Assembly: GCA_965225945.1 (NCBI GenBank)
Contig: CBDDBZ010000034.1
Coordinates: forward strand, 224,001 to 288,000
Origin: Alphaproteobacteria bacterium
Lineage (GTDB): Bacteria; Pseudomonadota; Alphaproteobacteria; GCA-2731375
Length of the DNA stretch: 64,000 nt
Direction of reading: 5' to 3'
Shown here piece after piece: positions 1 to 10,176 of this stretch. The translations under genes were made by a program, and so were the position numbers. Numbering within the stretch: position 1 is the first letter of the stretch; each line of letters opens with the position of its first letter. The notes beneath the pieces are model-generated. The model did no database searches and was not told the DNA's origin. It worked only from the letters and a program-made list of their open reading frames with translations.

Positions 1-239
1 CGTCGCCCGAGAGCAGGAGGGCCTGGCCGCTCAATCGGAGCGCGCCAGATGCGCCACGCGGCCGACCGAGCAGACCTCGCCCAACTGGTTGCGAATTTGG
101 AACTCGGTCCCGCCCTTGGCCAGCACGGTGATCTCGTCGCCCCAGAAGATCGCCCTGGGTCGCGTCATCCTCGCCACCTCTGTTTCGCCTCGTCGACGCC
201 AATGTGCCGCCCCGCCCGGCGCATCGCAAGTCGAGCCGG

Positions 240-1118
240 TCATTCATCCAACCGGCGCTGGCGCCAGATGATCAACAGGCCGGCGCCGACGATGGCGAGG
301 ACGCCGGGGAACAACCGCTCGACGGGCGCTTCGGCGAAGAATACCCAGCCGAGAATGAAGGCGAAGACGATGCCGAAGTATTCGAACGGCGCCACGTTCG
401 CCGGACGAGTCAGGCGATAGGCCGTGGTGAGGCAGAGCACGCCACCACCGCCCAGGACGCCCATGGCGACGATCCAGGCCCAGTCGCCCACGTCGGCGAC
501 CTTGACGAAGCCGCTGGTCACCGCCGTCAACGCCAAGGCGGCGAGGCAGGCGCTCAACTGGGTATGCAGGTTGAGGGTCGCGATCGGGACGCCCGTGTCG
601 ATTCGGCGCACGACGATGCTCGAGGCCGCGTAGCCCACCGCCGCGCCGAGCGGCATCAGGGCGTAATAGGTGAAGATGTCGCTCCCCGGTCGCATGATGG
701 CGAGGATGCCGAGGAAGCCGATCACCACCGCGCTCCAGCGCCAAGGGCCGACCCGCTCCCCCAGCACCGGCCACGATAGCGCGGTCAGGAACAAGGGCGT
801 CGCGAAGACCAGTGTCGAGGCGGTGGCGAACTCCAGATGGCTGAGCGAGACGTAGAAACAGAACTGCGCGAAGGTGGTGGCGAGACCGCGAAAGACACCG
901 TAGCGCCACTGTGCAAAGCCGAGACGGCGGCCCCCCCGATGCCACTCACGCGAAAGCAGCAGCAGGGCCGCCGCCGGCACCAGGCCGAAGAGGTTTCGCA
1001 GCATCGCGAGCTGGGGGGCCGGATAGGCCTGGCCGAGATGCTTGATGATCGCGCCCATGGTATCGAGCAGGAAGATGCCGACCAGGCTCAGCGCGATGGC
1101 GGTGATCAGCGGCCCCAT
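240..1118 (-). CDS. DMT/EamA family transporter
   Basis: 292 aa, ~10 hydrophobic segments, LGERVGPWRW and APFEY motifs. Confidence 0.9.
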   Translation of the reverse strand: MGPLITAIALSLVGIFLLDTMGAIIKHLGQAYPAPQLAMLRNLFGLVPAAALLLLSREWHRGGRRLGFAQWRYGVFRGLATTFAQFCFYVSLSHLEFATASTLVFATPLFLTALSWPVLGERVGPWRWSAVVIGFLGILAIMRPGSDIFTYYALMPLGAAVGYAASSIVVRRIDTGVPIATLNLHTQLSACLAALALTAVTSGFVKVADVGDWAWIVAMGVLGGGGVLCLTTAYRLTRPANVAPFEYFGIVFAFILGWVFFAEAPVERLFPGVLAIVGAGLLIIWRQRRLDE

Positions 1119-1247
1119 GGCATCGCCTCGGCAAATCCGGCGACGAGGCGCGCCAATTCACGTGCCCCCGACGATCAAATTGCACTCGAAACCGGTTTGC
1201 AACACCATCGGGTCGTAAACCCATCGCCACCGCCTCGGAGGACCGCC

Positions 1248-2024
1248 ATGGGCGACCAAAACGTCATCGTTACCGGCGGCGGAGCCGGCATCGGCCGCGC
1301 TATCGTCGAGGCCTTCCTGGAAGCCGGTGCCACCATACACGCCTGTGATCGCGATCCCGACGCCGCCGGTGACGTGGCCGCCTCCCACCCACGGGTCGAG
1401 GCCGAGGTCGTCGACGTCGGCGACGCAAGCGCGGTGGACCGCTTGTTCGAGACTGCGCTCGCCCGCTTCGGCGGGCGCCTCGACGTGCTGGTCAACAACG
1501 CCGGCGCCTCCGGCCCCACCGGCCCGATCGAAAGCCTGGACCCCGCCGCCTGGCGGGAGACCTTCGAGAGCAATATCCACGGCAACTTCAATTGTACGCG
1601 GCGCGCGGTACCGGCGATGAAGACACGCGGCGCCGGCGCCGTCATCAACATCTCCTCGACCGCCGGCACCCACGGCTATCCGCTCCGCACCCCCTATGCC
1701 GCCGCCAAATGGGGCGTCATCGGCATCACAAAGTCGCTGGCGATGGAGCTCGGCCCCGCCGGCATCCGGGTCAACGCGATCTGCCCCGGCTGCGTCGACG
1801 GCCCGCGCATGGCCGACGTCATCCGCCGGGAGGCCGAAGCCCGGGGCGGCGAGGCCCAGGCGCTCCACCGAGCCTATGTCGGCCAGGTCTCGATGCGAGC
1901 TTTCGTCCAAGCCCGCGACATCGCTGACGCCGCGGTCTTTCTCGCCTCGCCCCAGGCGCGCATGATCAACGGCCAGATCCTCGCCGTCGACGGCCATACG
2001 GAATCCTTGGCGACCGTCGATTGA
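1248..2024 (+). CDS. SDR family oxidoreductase
   Basis: TGGGAGIG, NNAG, YAAAK motifs; GGAGG RBS before ATG 1248. Confidence 0.92.
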   Translation: MGDQNVIVTGGGAGIGRAIVEAFLEAGATIHACDRDPDAAGDVAASHPRVEAEVVDVGDASAVDRLFETALARFGGRLDVLVNNAGASGPTGPIESLDPAAWRETFESNIHGNFNCTRRAVPAMKTRGAGAVINISSTAGTHGYPLRTPYAAAKWGVIGITKSLAMELGPAGIRVNAICPGCVDGPRMADVIRREAEARGGEAQALHRAYVGQVSMRAFVQARDIADAAVFLASPQARMINGQILAVDGHTESLATVD

Positions 2025-2113
2025 GCCATTGCGGCCGGGACGAAAACGCCCTTATCTAGGCCAACGATGCGGGGCGCGAGCCCCGGCCAATTCGAGCGGA
2101 GGGGATACCTGCC

Positions 2114-3904
2114 ATGACCGACTATGCCGCTCCGCTCAAGGACATGATGTTCACGCTCCGCCACATCGCCGATCTCGACGGGCTCTCGAGGCTCGCTGGG
2201 CTAGAGACGGCGGATGCGGACCTGGTCGCGCAAGTGTTGGGCCAGGGCGCGCGGCTCGCCGGCGAGGTGCTGGCGCCGCTCAATCGCTCGGGCGACCTGG
2301 AAGGCGCGGTGCTGGAGAACGGCGTCGTCCGCTCGCCCAAGGGCTTCGACGCGGCTTATCGCGCCTTCGCCGAGGGCGGCTGGAACGGCGCCACGGCCGA
2401 GCCCGAACACGGCGGCATGGGACTTCCCTGGCTCGTCGGCGTCGCCGCCATGGAGCTTTGGAACGGCGCCAACATGGGCTTCGCCGTCGGGCCGCTGCTG
2501 ACCCAGGGGGCGATCGAGGCGCTGCAGTCGCATGGCACGCTCGAGCAGCAGGCGCTCTACCTGCCGAAGCTGAACTCGGGCGAATGGTCGGGGACGATGA
2601 ACTTGACCGAGCCGCAAGCGGGCTCCGACGTCGGCGCACTACGCAGCCGGGCCGAGCCGGCCGGTGACGGCACCTGGCGGATCACCGGACAGAAGATCTT
2701 CATCACCTACGGCGACCACGAGCTGGCGGAGAATATTGTCCACATGGTTCTGGCTCGCACGCCCGACGCGCCGCCGGGGACGCGCGGCCTCTCCCTCTTC
2801 ATCGTGCCCAAGTACCTGCCCGACGAGAACGGCGCTCCGGGCCGGCGCAACGACCTTCGCGCCACCGGCCTGGAACGCAAGCTCGGCATCCACGCGAGCC
2901 CGACCTGCACCATGAGCTACGGCGACGACGGCGGCGCCGTCGGTTTCATGCTGGGCGAGGAGAACAAGGGCATGGCTTGTATGTTCACGATGATGAACAC
3001 GGCCCGCCTCGCGATCGGCGTGCAGGGGCTGGGGATCGGCGAGCGGGCCTATCAGCAGGCCCTCGCCTATGCGCTGCTGCGACGTCAGGGCCGGGCGCTG
3101 GGCGCTGCTGAGCCGGGTGCTTCCGCCATCATCGCGCATGCCGACGTGCGCCGCATGCTGATGACCATGAAGGCCCTGGTCGAGGCGACGCGGGCGGTAT
3201 GCTACGTCACGGCTGAGACGGTGGACCGCGCGCGGCGGGCCGAGAACGAGGCCGCGCGGGAAGCGGCGCGCGGCCGCCTGGAAGTGCTGACCCCAATCGC
3301 CAAGGCCTGGTCGAGCGACGTCGGCTGCCAGGTCACCTCGCTCAACATCCAGGTCCACGGCGGCATGGGCTTCGTCGAGGAGACCGGCGCCGCCCAGCAC
3401 TACCGCGATGCCCGGATCGCGCCGATCTACGAGGGCACCAACGGCATCCAGGCGATGGATCTGGTGATGCGCAAGCTCACCCTCGACGGCGGCCGCCCGG
3501 TGGCCGACCTGATGGCGGCGATGGCGGCGACGGCGGCCGGTGTCGGCGAGCTCGACGGCTTCGAGACCATGGCCGAAACCTTGGACTCAGGCCGCGCCGC
3601 CCTCGGGCGGGCGGGCGACTGGCTGGTCGCGCAATTGGCCCAGGCGCCGAACGCCGCCGCCTCGGGGTGCACGCCCTATCTCGAAATGTGGGGGCTGACA
3701 CTGGGCGCGCATCTGCTGGCCAAGGGGGTGCTCGCGGCCAAGGCGGGTCTGGAGGCGGAGGACGCGGACGGTGCGTTCCTGGGCGCGCGCATCGCCAGCG
3801 CGCGATTCTTCGCCGAACAGCTCCTGCCCCGCGCCGAGGCGCTACTACCGGCCGTCACCGGCGGGACCGAGCTGCTCTACGCCATCGATGAGGACGCCTT
3901 TTAG
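2114..3904 (+). CDS. acyl-CoA dehydrogenase (DmdC-like long form)
   Basis: MNLTEPQAGSDVG, GQKIFIT, QVHGGMG, IYEGTNGIQ motifs. Confidence 0.93.
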   Translation: MTDYAAPLKDMMFTLRHIADLDGLSRLAGLETADADLVAQVLGQGARLAGEVLAPLNRSGDLEGAVLENGVVRSPKGFDAAYRAFAEGGWNGATAEPEHGGMGLPWLVGVAAMELWNGANMGFAVGPLLTQGAIEALQSHGTLEQQALYLPKLNSGEWSGTMNLTEPQAGSDVGALRSRAEPAGDGTWRITGQKIFITYGDHELAENIVHMVLARTPDAPPGTRGLSLFIVPKYLPDENGAPGRRNDLRATGLERKLGIHASPTCTMSYGDDGGAVGFMLGEENKGMACMFTMMNTARLAIGVQGLGIGERAYQQALAYALLRRQGRALGAAEPGASAIIAHADVRRMLMTMKALVEATRAVCYVTAETVDRARRAENEAAREAARGRLEVLTPIAKAWSSDVGCQVTSLNIQVHGGMGFVEETGAAQHYRDARIAPIYEGTNGIQAMDLVMRKLTLDGGRPVADLMAAMAATAAGVGELDGFETMAETLDSGRAALGRAGDWLVAQLAQAPNAAASGCTPYLEMWGLTLGAHLLAKGVLAAKAGLEAEDADGAFLGARIASARFFAEQLLPRAEALLPAVTGGTELLYAIDEDAF

Positions 3905-3959
3905 ACCACATGTCCGTTTGAGGCGGGTCACCCCCGCCTCAAACGGACATGTGGTCTAA
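3901..3959. repeat. perfect 27-bp inverted repeat (REP/RIME-like palindrome or bidirectional terminator)
   Basis: TTAGACCACATGTCCGTTTGAGGCGGG-tcacc-CCCGCCTCAAACGGACATGTGGTCTAA between convergent genes; contains the upstream TAG stop. Confidence 0.85.
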
Positions 3960-3969
3960 GCCGTGTGAA

Positions 3970-5376
3970 TCAGTAACTCAAACTCTGAAAGCTCGCAGGC
4001 GCGTCCGAGACGACCCGGAAACCCTCGGGCGTGATCTCGATGACGGCGAGACCGCGCTCGCCGATGCCATCGGCGCGGAAACGGAAGATGCCGTCGTTGC
4101 CGGCGAAGCCGCTCGGCGCCGAGAGAGTTTCGGCATCGAAGCGGGGCGGACCCTCGCCGCCACCGAGCACGGCCGCCAGCGCTGTCGCGTCATAGGCGAG
4201 GCTGGCGATCCTGGGTGGCCGGCGCCCGTAGGTCGCCTGGAAGCGCTCGACGAAGCGCCGCCGGGCCTCCGGCGCCGGCGCGGCGAACCAACCGCCCTTT
4301 AAGGCCGGCTCCCGCCTCAGGCTCGGATCATCCCAGAGGCCGGTGCCGATCACCTGGACCTCGCCCGGCCCGAGGTCGTAATAGGGCAGCAAGGGCGCCA
4401 CCTGCCGCAGCACCTGTCCGCCCTCCGGCAGCAGCAAGACGTCGAAGGGAATTTTGCGTGGGTCGTTCTTGCGCACGACCCGGCCCCTGTTGATCCGGCC
4501 GCCCAGACGCTCGATCGCCTGATCGGCACCGCTGCCATCCACGCCATAGAACTCGATCGCATGGACCTGAGCGCCGAAGCGGGCCGTCGATTCCTCGAGT
4601 GCCCGAACCACCGCCCGGCCGTAGTCGCCGTCGGGCACCAGGGCGGCGAAGCGCCAGAGGCCCTGGCTGGTCGCGTGCGCAACGACGCGTTCGACCTGCT
4701 GCTCGGGCGTAAAGCCCATGAGGAAGGTATCGGCTTCCGCCACCCGGCGATCGGTCGAGAAGGCGACGACATTGACGCCGCGCTCGCGCGCCGGCGCCTT
4801 GACGGCGACGACGGCATCGCGGAACAGCGGTCCCAAGATCAGCGTCGCGCCCTCCGCCAGCACGCGCCGCGCGGCGGCCTCGGCACCCTCGGCGGTACCG
4901 CGCGTGTCGGCCGGCAGTAGCACGATTCGCTCCGTCCCCAATTCGAACAGCTTCAACAGCGCCGCGTCGCGCAGCGCCTGGCCCACCTCGGCGGCCCGGC
5001 CCGAAAGCGGCAGCAACAGTCCCACCTTGACCGGATCGTCGACCAGCGGCGGCCCCAGGCGGGTCCCTTCGTCCGCCGACGTCAGCTCGGCGGGCGGACG
5101 GTCGGCGTCCCGCCAGGTCTCGACGTCTTGCTCGCCGCTCGGAATCGGCGCGACGGCCATGTGCTCCTCCACCGCCTCCGCCGGCTGGGCGGCGGCGGGC
5201 GGCGGCGGTGGCGCGGCAGCTTGCTTCGGAGGTACGGTGGTCTCGCAGCCGAGCGACAGCACCATGAGCGGGAGCAGCGATGCCAGCCAAGCGACAGGGC
5301 GGCGCCCGGACGTCGCGCCGTGATTCGGCCCGCGCGTCGGCGCCGGGTTCCGCCGGAGATGTCTCACCTCGATCAC
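3970..5376 (-). CDS. penicillin-binding protein activator (LpoA/LppC-like lipoprotein)
   Basis: Lipobox-like LSLGC, VGLLLPLSG, ILGPLF, ASLAYDA motifs; divergent from rsmI; start uncertain. Confidence 0.82.
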   Translation of the reverse strand: MIEVRHLRRNPAPTRGPNHGATSGRRPVAWLASLLPLMVLSLGCETTVPPKQAAAPPPPPAAAQPAEAVEEHMAVAPIPSGEQDVETWRDADRPPAELTSADEGTRLGPPLVDDPVKVGLLLPLSGRAAEVGQALRDAALLKLFELGTERIVLLPADTRGTAEGAEAAARRVLAEGATLILGPLFRDAVVAVKAPARERGVNVVAFSTDRRVAEADTFLMGFTPEQQVERVVAHATSQGLWRFAALVPDGDYGRAVVRALEESTARFGAQVHAIEFYGVDGSGADQAIERLGGRINRGRVVRKNDPRKIPFDVLLLPEGGQVLRQVAPLLPYYDLGPGEVQVIGTGLWDDPSLRREPALKGGWFAAPAPEARRRFVERFQATYGRRPPRIASLAYDATALAAVLGGGEGPPRFDAETLSAPSGFAGNDGIFRFRADGIGERGLAVIEITPEGFRVVSDAPASFQSLSY

Positions 5377-6254
5377 CCTCCCCTTCCCTTCGCTCCAAAG
5401 GCGGCGAGACGGCGCCGGGCCGGCCCGCCCCCGGGCTGTACCTCGTGGCCACACCCATCGGCAACGCCCGCGACGTCACGCTCCGTGCCCTCGACGTGCT
5501 GGCGGCGGCCGACCTGGTCGCCTGCGAGGATACCCGAGTTACCGCCCGCTTGCTGGCGATCCACGATATCCGCGCCTCGCTCCACGCCTACCACGACCAT
5601 AACGCCACCACGGCGGGACCGAAACTGATCGAACGCCTGAAAAACGGCGACATCGTGGCGCTGGTGAGCGACGCCGGCACCCCCCTCGTTTCCGATCCCG
5701 GTTACCGGCTGGTGGGCGCGGCGATCGAGGCCGGCATTGCCGTCGTGCCGGTACCGGGCGCCTCTGCGCCGCTCGCGGCGTTGATCGTCGCCGGCCTGCC
5801 GACGGACCGATTTCTGTTCGCCGGCTTTCCCCCGCCGCGCCGGGCGGCCCGCCGGCGCATGCTGGCGACGCTCTCCGGGATAGAGGCGAGCTTGATCTTG
5901 CTGGAATCGCCGCGCCGCCTGGCACTCTCGCTCGCCGACATGGCCGAGGTGTTCGGCCCCCGGCCGGCGGCGATCGGGCGGGAGTTGACCAAGCGCTTCG
6001 AGGAGGTGACGCGGGGCGACCTCGCCACGCTGGCCGCCCGGGCGGCGGCGGCGGAGCCACCCAAGGGCGAGATCGTGATCGTCGTCGCGCCGCCCGAGCC
6101 GGCGGCCGGCGAGACCGGCGACCTCGACGCCGCCTTGCGCGCGGCACTCGAGGAGCTGAGCACCCGAGGTGCGGCGAGCGTCGTGGCCCATCTCACCGGC
6201 CGGCCCCGGCGCGCGATCTATGCTCGCGCGCTCGAACTCGCGGGCCGGCGGTGA
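5280..6254 (+). CDS. rsmI: 16S rRNA (cytidine1402-2'-O)-methyltransferase
   Basis: LYLVATPIGN, CEDTR, SDAGTPLVSDPG, RELTK motifs; start uncertain. Confidence 0.95.
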   Translation: MPAKRQGGARTSRRDSARASAPGSAGDVSPRSPSPSLRSKGGETAPGRPAPGLYLVATPIGNARDVTLRALDVLAAADLVACEDTRVTARLLAIHDIRASLHAYHDHNATTAGPKLIERLKNGDIVALVSDAGTPLVSDPGYRLVGAAIEAGIAVVPVPGASAPLAALIVAGLPTDRFLFAGFPPPRRAARRRMLATLSGIEASLILLESPRRLALSLADMAEVFGPRPAAIGRELTKRFEEVTRGDLATLAARAAAAEPPKGEIVIVVAPPEPAAGETGDLDAALRAALEELSTRGAASVVAHLTGRPRRAIYARALELAGRR

Positions 6255-6604
6255 GGCGCCGGCGCGCCTATCGGCAGGGGCGACGGGCGGAGGGCTGGGC
6301 CGCTTGGTGGCTGCGGCTCAAGGGCTACCGCATCCTGGCGCGGGGCTTCCGCGTGCCCGTCGGCGAGATCGATCTGGTCGCCGCGCGTGGCCGGATCCTC
6401 GCCTTCGTCGAGGTCAAGCGGCGCGCCCGATTGGCGGACGCGCTTGAGGCCGTCACCCCGCATCAGCGCCGACGCATCGAGCGGGCGGCGGAAGCCTTCC
6501 TCGGGCGCGAACGGCGTCTGGTGGGAAAACGCCTGCGTTTCGACGTCGTGGTGATCCGGCCCGGGCGCCTCCCGCGCCACCTCGCCGACGCCTGGCGGCC
6601 CTGA
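6251..6604 (+). CDS. yraN: YraN family protein (UPF0102)
   Basis: GEIDLVA, FVEVK, RFDVV motifs; overlaps the rsmI stop. Confidence 0.92.
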   Translation: MRRRRAYRQGRRAEGWAAWWLRLKGYRILARGFRVPVGEIDLVAARGRILAFVEVKRRARLADALEAVTPHQRRRIERAAEAFLGRERRLVGKRLRFDVVVIRPGRLPRHLADAWRP

Positions 6605-6734
6605 TGGTCGCCGACAGCCGCCGACAGTCGCCGAGGCGAAACTGTTTTCCCGGGCGGCTCAAGTCCTATAATGGTTTCGCGCGGCGACTGATTCGCCCGG
6701 GATGATTGGGGTGGATGCTCTCGTGTTTCGAAAC

Positions 6735-7340
6735 ATGGATGATTCCCTTCGCGCTCTTCTCGTCGCCACCGCCCTGTTGGCGCTGGCGGCAACACAGTCC
6801 GGTTGCGCCAGCATGTTGGTCGGTGCCGGTGCCACGGCAGGCGTCGCCGTCGCGCAGGAACGCTCCATCGGCGACGCGGTCGACGACAAGGCAATCCAAT
6901 TCCGGGTCAACGCCGCGCTATTGCATTACGACGAGGCGGTCTTCCGGCGGGTCGACGTGAAGTCGGTCGAGGCGCGCGTGGTGCTGACGGGCACCGTGGC
7001 GACCCCCGAGAACCGGCTGGAAGCGGCGCGGCTCGTCTGGCAGGTCGAGACCGTGAAGACGCTTGCAAACGAGCTGATCGTCCAGGACGAAACCTCCGTG
7101 GTCGACTTCGTCCACGACAGTTGGGTGACGACTCAACTCCGCGCCCGCATGCTCCGCGACGGCGAGATCCTCGACCTCAACTACACCGTCGAGACCGTGA
7201 ACGGCATCGTTTACCTGCTCGGCATCGCCCAGGACGAGAAGGAGCTCGACCGGGTCACGCGACATGCCCGCGCGATTCCCGGCGTCGAACAGGTGGTCAA
7301 CCACGTCCGCCTGAAGAACGATCCCGGACGGCGGACATGA
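6735..7340 (+). CDS. dual BON-domain lipoprotein (DolP/YraP-like)
   Basis: Lipobox QSGC, two BON repeats, rsmI-yraN context. Confidence 0.88.
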   Translation: MDDSLRALLVATALLALAATQSGCASMLVGAGATAGVAVAQERSIGDAVDDKAIQFRVNAALLHYDEAVFRRVDVKSVEARVVLTGTVATPENRLEAARLVWQVETVKTLANELIVQDETSVVDFVHDSWVTTQLRARMLRDGEILDLNYTVETVNGIVYLLGIAQDEKELDRVTRHARAIPGVEQVVNHVRLKNDPGRRT

Positions 7341-8155
7341 TCGAGCGCGCGGAGCTCGAAGCCGCGCTCAGGGCCATCGGCGAGGGGCCGGACGAGGCGA
7401 TCGATCTGGGCGAGGCGGCGCTGCTGCTGGCGGCGCTGGATCGCCCGCGCGTCGAGCTCGCCCACTATCGTGCCCGACTGGACGCGTTCGCCGAGGACGT
7501 GGCGAGAAAGCGCGGCGAGGACGATGGGCCCGAGGTGCTGGCGAGCGTGCTCGCCGCCGATCACGGCTACGGCGGCGACGATCGGACCTACGACGATCCG
7601 CAAAACGCCAACCTGATGCGGGTGATCGACCGGCGCAAGGGACTGCCGGTGGCCTTGGGCATTCTCTATATCGACGTCGCCCGGCGCGCCGGCCTGGCGG
7701 CCGAGGGGATCAATTTCCCGGCCCATTTCCTGATCCGCGTCCAGGCGCGCGAGCGGCGCGAGATCCTCGACCCCTTCGATGGCGGCCGGGCCCAGGGCAT
7801 CGCCGACCTCCGCCGCATGATCAAGCGTTTCGGCGGCGAGGAGGCCGAACTGACGCCGCAACACTCGGCCCCGGCCGGGGACCGGGGCGTCCTCCTCCGC
7901 TTGCTCAACAACCTCCGTTCCCGCGCCCTGCAAACGCGCGAACTCGAGCGCGCCGGCGAGATCGCGCGGCGAATGGTGATGGTGGCGCCGCTGGTGCCGC
8001 TGCTGAACCGCGAGCTCGCCCTGATCACCGCCAGCTCCGGCGAGATGGACGAGGCGATGCAGGCGGCCGAGCGCTATCTGCTGTTGGCGGAGGACGAACG
8101 CCAGTCGCACGATGCCGCCTCCCTGCTGCAACGCCTCCGCACCCAGACGAACTGA
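7337..8155 (+). CDS. SirB1 / transglutaminase-like TPR protein
   Basis: RRKGLPVALG, INFPAHF, DPFDGG, RLLNNL motifs; ATGA overlap with the BON gene. Confidence 0.87.
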   Translation: MIERAELEAALRAIGEGPDEAIDLGEAALLLAALDRPRVELAHYRARLDAFAEDVARKRGEDDGPEVLASVLAADHGYGGDDRTYDDPQNANLMRVIDRRKGLPVALGILYIDVARRAGLAAEGINFPAHFLIRVQARERREILDPFDGGRAQGIADLRRMIKRFGGEEAELTPQHSAPAGDRGVLLRLLNNLRSRALQTRELERAGEIARRMVMVAPLVPLLNRELALITASSGEMDEAMQAAERYLLLAEDERQSHDAASLLQRLRTQTN

Positions 8156-8181
8156 CGTCAGCGCGCATAATACCAACTGAC

Positions 8182-9404
8182 CACAGTACACGACTCGTTC
8201 ATGCTGGCTTTGGCCTGGGCACCTGGACTGGTGGTTTTCCGGGGACGAGGAAACGAATCAGCTCAATGGCTTGACGCCTGTCGATAGGATTGACGAGCTG
8301 TCGCCTTATCCACTCGAAACCGTATCGGAAGATGGATTTTGCCATCCTTTTGTGGGTTTTGAGGCGGATCGGCTCGGCCTCGTGGAGCCAATCGCCGACT
8401 TTGTGCGCCCAGCAGAAGGTGATGGAAAGGACGGCGGTGAGCTTGGAGATGCGCTCCGGGTCGGTCATGTGGGTGTCTTCGAGGTTGAAGCCACGGGTTT
8501 TCAAGGCGGCGAAGAGGGTCTCGATTTGCCAGCGCTGGGCGTAGATGGCCAAGGCCTCCTCGGGCGCGTCGTTGGTCACGACGATCAACAGTTCGCCGGT
8601 CTTGAGATGGAGCGCGGCGACGAAGACGGGCCTGGCCTTGGGTTTTCTGGCCTCCGAGAGGCGCCTGGCGTTGGAGAGGATGCGGCTTTCCCCGGGTTTG
8701 AGGTCGCGAAACAGCTCCCTCGCCTTGACCATGCGACCACGCGTGTTGGCGATCTTGATGTTGGATCGGATGCGGATGTGAAAGGGGATGGCCTTTTCCT
8801 GCAACCATGCCAGCCAGGCGTCGCCGATGAATTCCCGGTCGGCCAGGAGGCTGGCGATCTTGTCGACCCCGAAGAGCCGGAGGACGTGTTCGAGGATCGC
8901 GATCCGCTCCTTGGTATTGGAATTGCCCGCCTTGTCGAGCACCCGCCAGCACACGGGAATGGCGATGGCGCGGTTGACGATGCCGATCATCAAGATGTTG
9001 ACGTCGCGGCGACCCAGCCGCCAGTTGGTCCGGTCCATGGTCAGCCGCCACGGCCCCGCCTGGAGCCCCATCATCGCGACCAGGAACTCGGCGAGGCGAT
9101 CGTAATCGAAATCGACTTGCTCGAAAAACCGTTGCAGGCGCCGATAGTTGGAGCTGGATCGCGCGCGCCCCGGAAAGTGGCAGGCCAAGTGAGAGAGGTT
9201 CACCGTCCGGGCGACGAACACGCCGAAGACCAAGACGCAAAGGCTCTCCAGACGGCTCTTGCGAAAGGCGAAGCCGCATCGTAGCGTCTCACGCAGGGCG
9301 TTGATCGGGTTGTCTCGCATGATTTCCCTCTTGACTCGTCGTGGAGTGAATCGGGAATTCTACAACCTTTTCAACGTCCTACGTAAATGCCGTCGTGTAC
9401 CATG
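8182..9404 (-). mobile_element. IS4 family (ISAba1-like) insertion sequence, copy 1, 1223 bp
   Basis: Ends CATGGTACACGAC / CACAGTACACGAC; 9-bp TSD CCAACTGAC at 8173-8181 and 9405-9413. Confidence 0.95.
8199..9320 (-). CDS. IS4 family DDE transposase
   Basis: DRTNW, ADREFIG, RWQIETLF..LKTRGFNLEDTH motifs as in ISAba1-like transposases. Confidence 0.95.
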   Translation of the reverse strand: MRDNPINALRETLRCGFAFRKSRLESLCVLVFGVFVARTVNLSHLACHFPGRARSSSNYRRLQRFFEQVDFDYDRLAEFLVAMMGLQAGPWRLTMDRTNWRLGRRDVNILMIGIVNRAIAIPVCWRVLDKAGNSNTKERIAILEHVLRLFGVDKIASLLADREFIGDAWLAWLQEKAIPFHIRIRSNIKIANTRGRMVKARELFRDLKPGESRILSNARRLSEARKPKARPVFVAALHLKTGELLIVVTNDAPEEALAIYAQRWQIETLFAALKTRGFNLEDTHMTDPERISKLTAVLSITFCWAHKVGDWLHEAEPIRLKTHKRMAKSIFRYGFEWIRRQLVNPIDRRQAIELIRFLVPGKPPVQVPRPKPA

Positions 9405-9641
9405 CCAACTGACATAAGTCCCAGCCGCCCCGCTCCCTCGGTCCAGGTGGTCAACAGGCAGTTCGCCGCCTCGTAAAGTTAATGGCGCGCCATGGCGTCG
9501 CCCGGCTTGCTAATTTCCCCGGCGATGTCCGGTTCACCCGAGTGGTGGCGCATGGGCCTCCGGACGCAGATAGCGGCCACGCTGGCGGCGGGGGGCGACG
9601 GCTGCTACCCTCCGCCGCGCCGTCGATGGGCGAGGAGGATC

Positions 9642-10166
9642 ATGACTGAAACCGAAGACGGCCCTCCCTGGGCGCATGAGCTCTACGACCACCTCAAGGC
9701 CAACGAGGTGACGATCTTTTCCCATGTGCCCGACGCGGGGCACAAGGTACTGATCTCGCGTTCCGGCGCCGATCCGGACGTCGAATCGATCGTGCTGACC
9801 ACCGAGGAGGAGGGCGTTGCGCTCTCCGCCGGGGCGCATCTCGGCGGCCGCCGCTCGGTCCTGCTGGTGCAGTCGAGCGGTGTCGGCAACTGCATCAACA
9901 TGCTGTCGCTGACTCGGATCGGCCGCTTTCCCTTTCTCGGCATCGTCTCCATGCGCGGCGAATTCGGCGAGGGCAATCCCTGGCAGATGCCGATGGGCCA
10001 GGCGACGCAACCGGTGCTGGAGGCCTGCGGCGTGCTCTGCCTGAAGGCGGAGACGCCGGCGGACGTGATCCCTTGCATGACCGCGGCGACGACCATGGCC
10101 TACAAGTCGGACCAGGCGACGATGGTGCTGCTCTCGCAGCGCCTGATCGGCGCCAAGGCATTTTAG
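9642..10166 (+). CDS. ThDP-dependent decarboxylase alpha subunit (sulfopyruvate/phosphonopyruvate decarboxylase-like)
   Basis: VPDAGH, TTEEEGV, QSSGVGNCIN, NPWQ motifs; GAGGAGG RBS. Confidence 0.82.
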   Translation: MTETEDGPPWAHELYDHLKANEVTIFSHVPDAGHKVLISRSGADPDVESIVLTTEEEGVALSAGAHLGGRRSVLLVQSSGVGNCINMLSLTRIGRFPFLGIVSMRGEFGEGNPWQMPMGQATQPVLEACGVLCLKAETPADVIPCMTAATTMAYKSDQATMVLLSQRLIGAKAF

Positions 10167-10176
10167 GAGCGGGCGA

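Noticed and set aside
31-243. Short minus-strand ORF at the window start
   Set aside because: No recognisable motif, so it cannot be supported
9525-9550. ATGTCCGGTTCACCCG as another copy of the cassette motif
   Set aside because: Only the first half matches and none of the other conserved blocks follow
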